Shown here piece after piece: positions 35,052 to 37,708 of a DNA stretch of 37,708 nucleotides. How positions within the stretch are numbered: position 1 is the first letter of the stretch; each line of letters begins with the position of its first letter. The notes beneath the pieces are model-generated. The model saw nothing but the letters and a program-made list of their open reading frames with translations. It made no database searches and had not been told where the DNA came from. Origin of the DNA: Octopus sinensis (Eukaryota); NCBI RefSeq assembly GCF_006345805.1, contig NW_021835908.1:1-37708 (forward strand), given 5' to 3'. A program made the position numbers and the translations under genes.

Positions 35052-35090
<39 letters not shown>

Positions 35091-35279
35091 AGAAAGTGTG
35101 TATTTGTGTGTGTGTGTGTGTGATTGAGAGAACTTTGACATACATACACACAAACACACATACACACATATATATATATATATGTGTGTGTATTAGACTA
35201 TTTGGTCACGTGATATGTGTAGGTACAGACAGATAGACATACACTAACTCTTGCAGATAAACAGTCGCCACATTATTTA

Positions 35280-35280
35280 C

Positions 35281-35312
<32 letters not shown>

Positions 35313-35418
35313 AGAGGGAGAAATAGATACGTACACTGTAGAGTGAAACAGAGGGAGGGAGTGAGATAAAGAGAAAGAGAGAGAGAGAGGAAGGAAAAGG
35401 AAATGATTGGAAGAGAAT

Positions 35419-35452
<34 letters not shown>

Positions 35453-35490
35453 GAAAGTGCGAGAGCGATGGAAAAGAAAGAGAAAGAGAG
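35280..35490. repeat. (AG)n-rich purine tract
   Basis: Seen directly. Confidence 0.9.
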
Positions 35491-35746
35491 GTATTAATGT
35501 ACACCAGAGCCACAATTTACATTCTTCTCACCAATATTTTCCCACGTATTATACACGGCGGCGGCGACGACGACGAGGATCACCACCATACCACCACCAC
35601 CAAATGAATATATTATATACAATATATATATGTATATATTTTATATATTATTATATATATAATATAAATATATATATATATATATCATATATATATATAT
35701 ATATATAATATATATATAATATTATATATATATATATATATATATA

Positions 35747-35872
35747 AAGGCGCAGGAGTGGCTTGTTTACCAACCACATGATTCGAGTTCAGTCCCACTG
35801 CGTGGCACCTTGGGCAAGTGTCTTCTACTATAGCCTCGGGCCGACCAAAGCCTTGTGAGTGGATTTGGTAGC
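35747..35872 (+). mobile_element. SINE-A 5' half, ending in microsatellite
   Basis: AAGGCGCAGGAGTGGCT..GTTCAGTCCCACTGCGTGGCACCTTGGGCAAG..GGATTTGGTAG. Confidence 0.88.
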
Positions 35873-35882
35873 ACTGTATGTA

Positions 35883-35927
<45 letters not shown>

Positions 35928-36254
35928 ATATTTATATACGTATGTATGTGTGTATTTATGTATGCATGTGAGTGTGTATTTATGTATGTATATGTGTGTG
36001 CATTTATGTAAGTATCAGTGTGTGTATTTATGTATGCATGAAACATATGTGCGGATATTTCTATATATATATGCATATGTATATAATACGATAACACCTA
36101 ATCCCCCCCACACACTCACAAACACACACAAGAGTATAATTAAAAAATAGGGGAGATAACGCAGTATATAGAGAAGTTAATTAAGTAGTACAGAGATGAT
36201 AAACGAAGATATATAGAGAATGCTGTTAGAGAACGATGGACAAAAACAAAACCA

Positions 36255-36295
36255 TAAACAACAACAACAACAACAACAACAATAACACCAACAGC

Positions 36296-36332
<37 letters not shown>

Positions 36333-36340
36333 CACAACAA
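36255..36340. repeat. (AAC)n
   Basis: Seen directly. Confidence 0.95.
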
Positions 36341-36750
36341 CAAAAAGCCTCCATAGCAGATTGAGAAGTAACAAGGAACGTACCTCGTTACTAACACTAC
36401 AACAGTTAGATTAGAAGATAAAGAGTAGGTTAGCCCAGCTCTCTAGTATAAATATCGAGGGCTCTAATAGGTTTGTAATGTGATACGAACCCTTAAAAGA
36501 ATCTATAACATCAGGAGTTGATTTCACACACACACACACACACACTCACACACACACAAACAAACACACTCACATACACACAAATATATGCGAAAATGTC
36601 GGACATTGTGAATTAGCGCTCAACACCGTATTGATGTTTTCATCCAAAATGGAGACGGACATCATCCTTCCATGTGAGCGGCTTGAAGAATTGTTAAAGA
36701 TATTAAGATACATTTCTTAACATGAAACCAATGGTGGTCTTAATTAAAAA

Positions 36751-37112
36751 TGGTAAGTAGCTTGCTTACCAACCACATACTTCCTGGTTCAGTCCCACTA
36801 CGTGGCACCTTGGGCAGGTGTCTTCTACTATAGCATCGGGCCGACCAGAGCCCTGTGAGTAAGATTTGGTAGACGGAAACTGAAAGAAGCCCGTCGTATA
36901 TAATAATATATATATATATATATTATATATATATACATATATACATATACATACATATATATATATATATATTATATATATATATATATATATACCATAT
37001 ATATATATATGTAATGTGTGTGTGTGTGTTTTGTGTGCTGTGTTTGTCCCTCACCATTGCTTGGTGTGTTTACGTTCCCGTAACTTAGCAGTTCGGCAAA
37101 AAGCCCAATAGA
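36751..37112 (+). mobile_element. SINE-A, 3'-truncated, fused to a Penelope-like module
   Basis: Match to 33631-34080. Confidence 0.88.
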
Positions 37113-37285
37113 TTTTCTTTCTCCGTCTTCCCTTCTTTGGTCTTTTCCTATATTTCTGATGAAAAGCTCCGCTCGAAACGTGAAATCCTCTTTCTTTTCT
37201 TTCCTTTCCTGAGCGTCCAATAACAATACTTATTCCACGTCCACGCGCTGTTGTTTTCTTCTTGCTTGTTCATGTTTGGATTGAC
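37113..37285 (+). mobile_element. Penelope-like terminal module with degenerate hammerhead motif (37152-37186)
   Basis: ATTT-CTGATGA-AAAGCTCCGCTC-GAAAC-GTG-AAAT; homologous to 1880-2040. Confidence 0.55.
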
Positions 37286-37374
37286 TATATATATATATTA
37301 TATATATATATATGTATAGCTATAATACTATGTATATACACTCTACTTTTCTTAGCATGAAACCAATAGTAGCC

Positions 37375-37376
<2 letters not shown>

Positions 37377-37440
<64 letters not shown>

Positions 37441-37441
37441 T
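37377..37441. repeat. (AAT)n
   Basis: Seen directly. Confidence 0.95.
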
Positions 37442-37454
37442 ATATATATATTAT

Positions 37455-37655
37455 TGTCCTCAACCACTTGCCGCCCAATAATGTTGATTTGTTTACGTCT
37501 CCATACCTTAGAGAGTACGGCAAAAGCAACCGATAAAATATATGTTAGATTTAAAAAAAAACAGAAAATATAGGTATTGAGGTGGACGATTTGTTCGACA
37601 AAAGCCTAGCACCAATGCTTGAATCCACTGAAAGACAAAATGTAAAAGATATATT
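37455..37655 (+). mobile_element. SINE-A 3' half, old copy
   Basis: GTTTACGTCTCCATACCTTAG..CGGCAAAAG..ACCGATA..TTTGTTCGAC. Confidence 0.55.
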
Positions 37656-37708
37656 TGCTATGAAATCGCAACGTAGTTTCTAATATGTTTGAATACTGTC
37701 TTCATTGA

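Overview
Eukaryotic, very AT-rich, repeat-dominated window. The SINE families and microsatellite density look like an Octopus (coleoid cephalopod) genome, but this is recognition from memory and was not database-checked. No complete gene is visible, and nearly all ORF-track entries are microsatellite or TE artefacts. Supported content: (i) about 35 copies of three tRNA-derived SINE groups, here called A, B and C; (ii) four mariner fragments, one an internally deleted element with perfect 24-bp TIRs and TA TSDs; (iii) Tx1/L1-clade and RTE LINE remnants; (iv) Helitron-type ends; (v) Penelope-like terminal modules carrying degenerate minimal hammerhead ribozyme folds; (vi) several long palindromes; (vii) one good candidate terminal coding exon (17079-17257, +) of an unidentified membrane protein. 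Leads, in order of interest: (1) a Tx1-like LINE 3' end shares its last 43 nt with the SINE-C1 tail, and SINE-C1 always abuts GGTAT, a motif also present in its own head, which yields recurrent self-dimers (candidate target-specific Tx1/SINE pair); (2) three hammerhead-like motifs show compensatory stem I changes; (3) a 340-bp inverted-repeat element is packed with perfect hairpins and carries a CTCF-like site.
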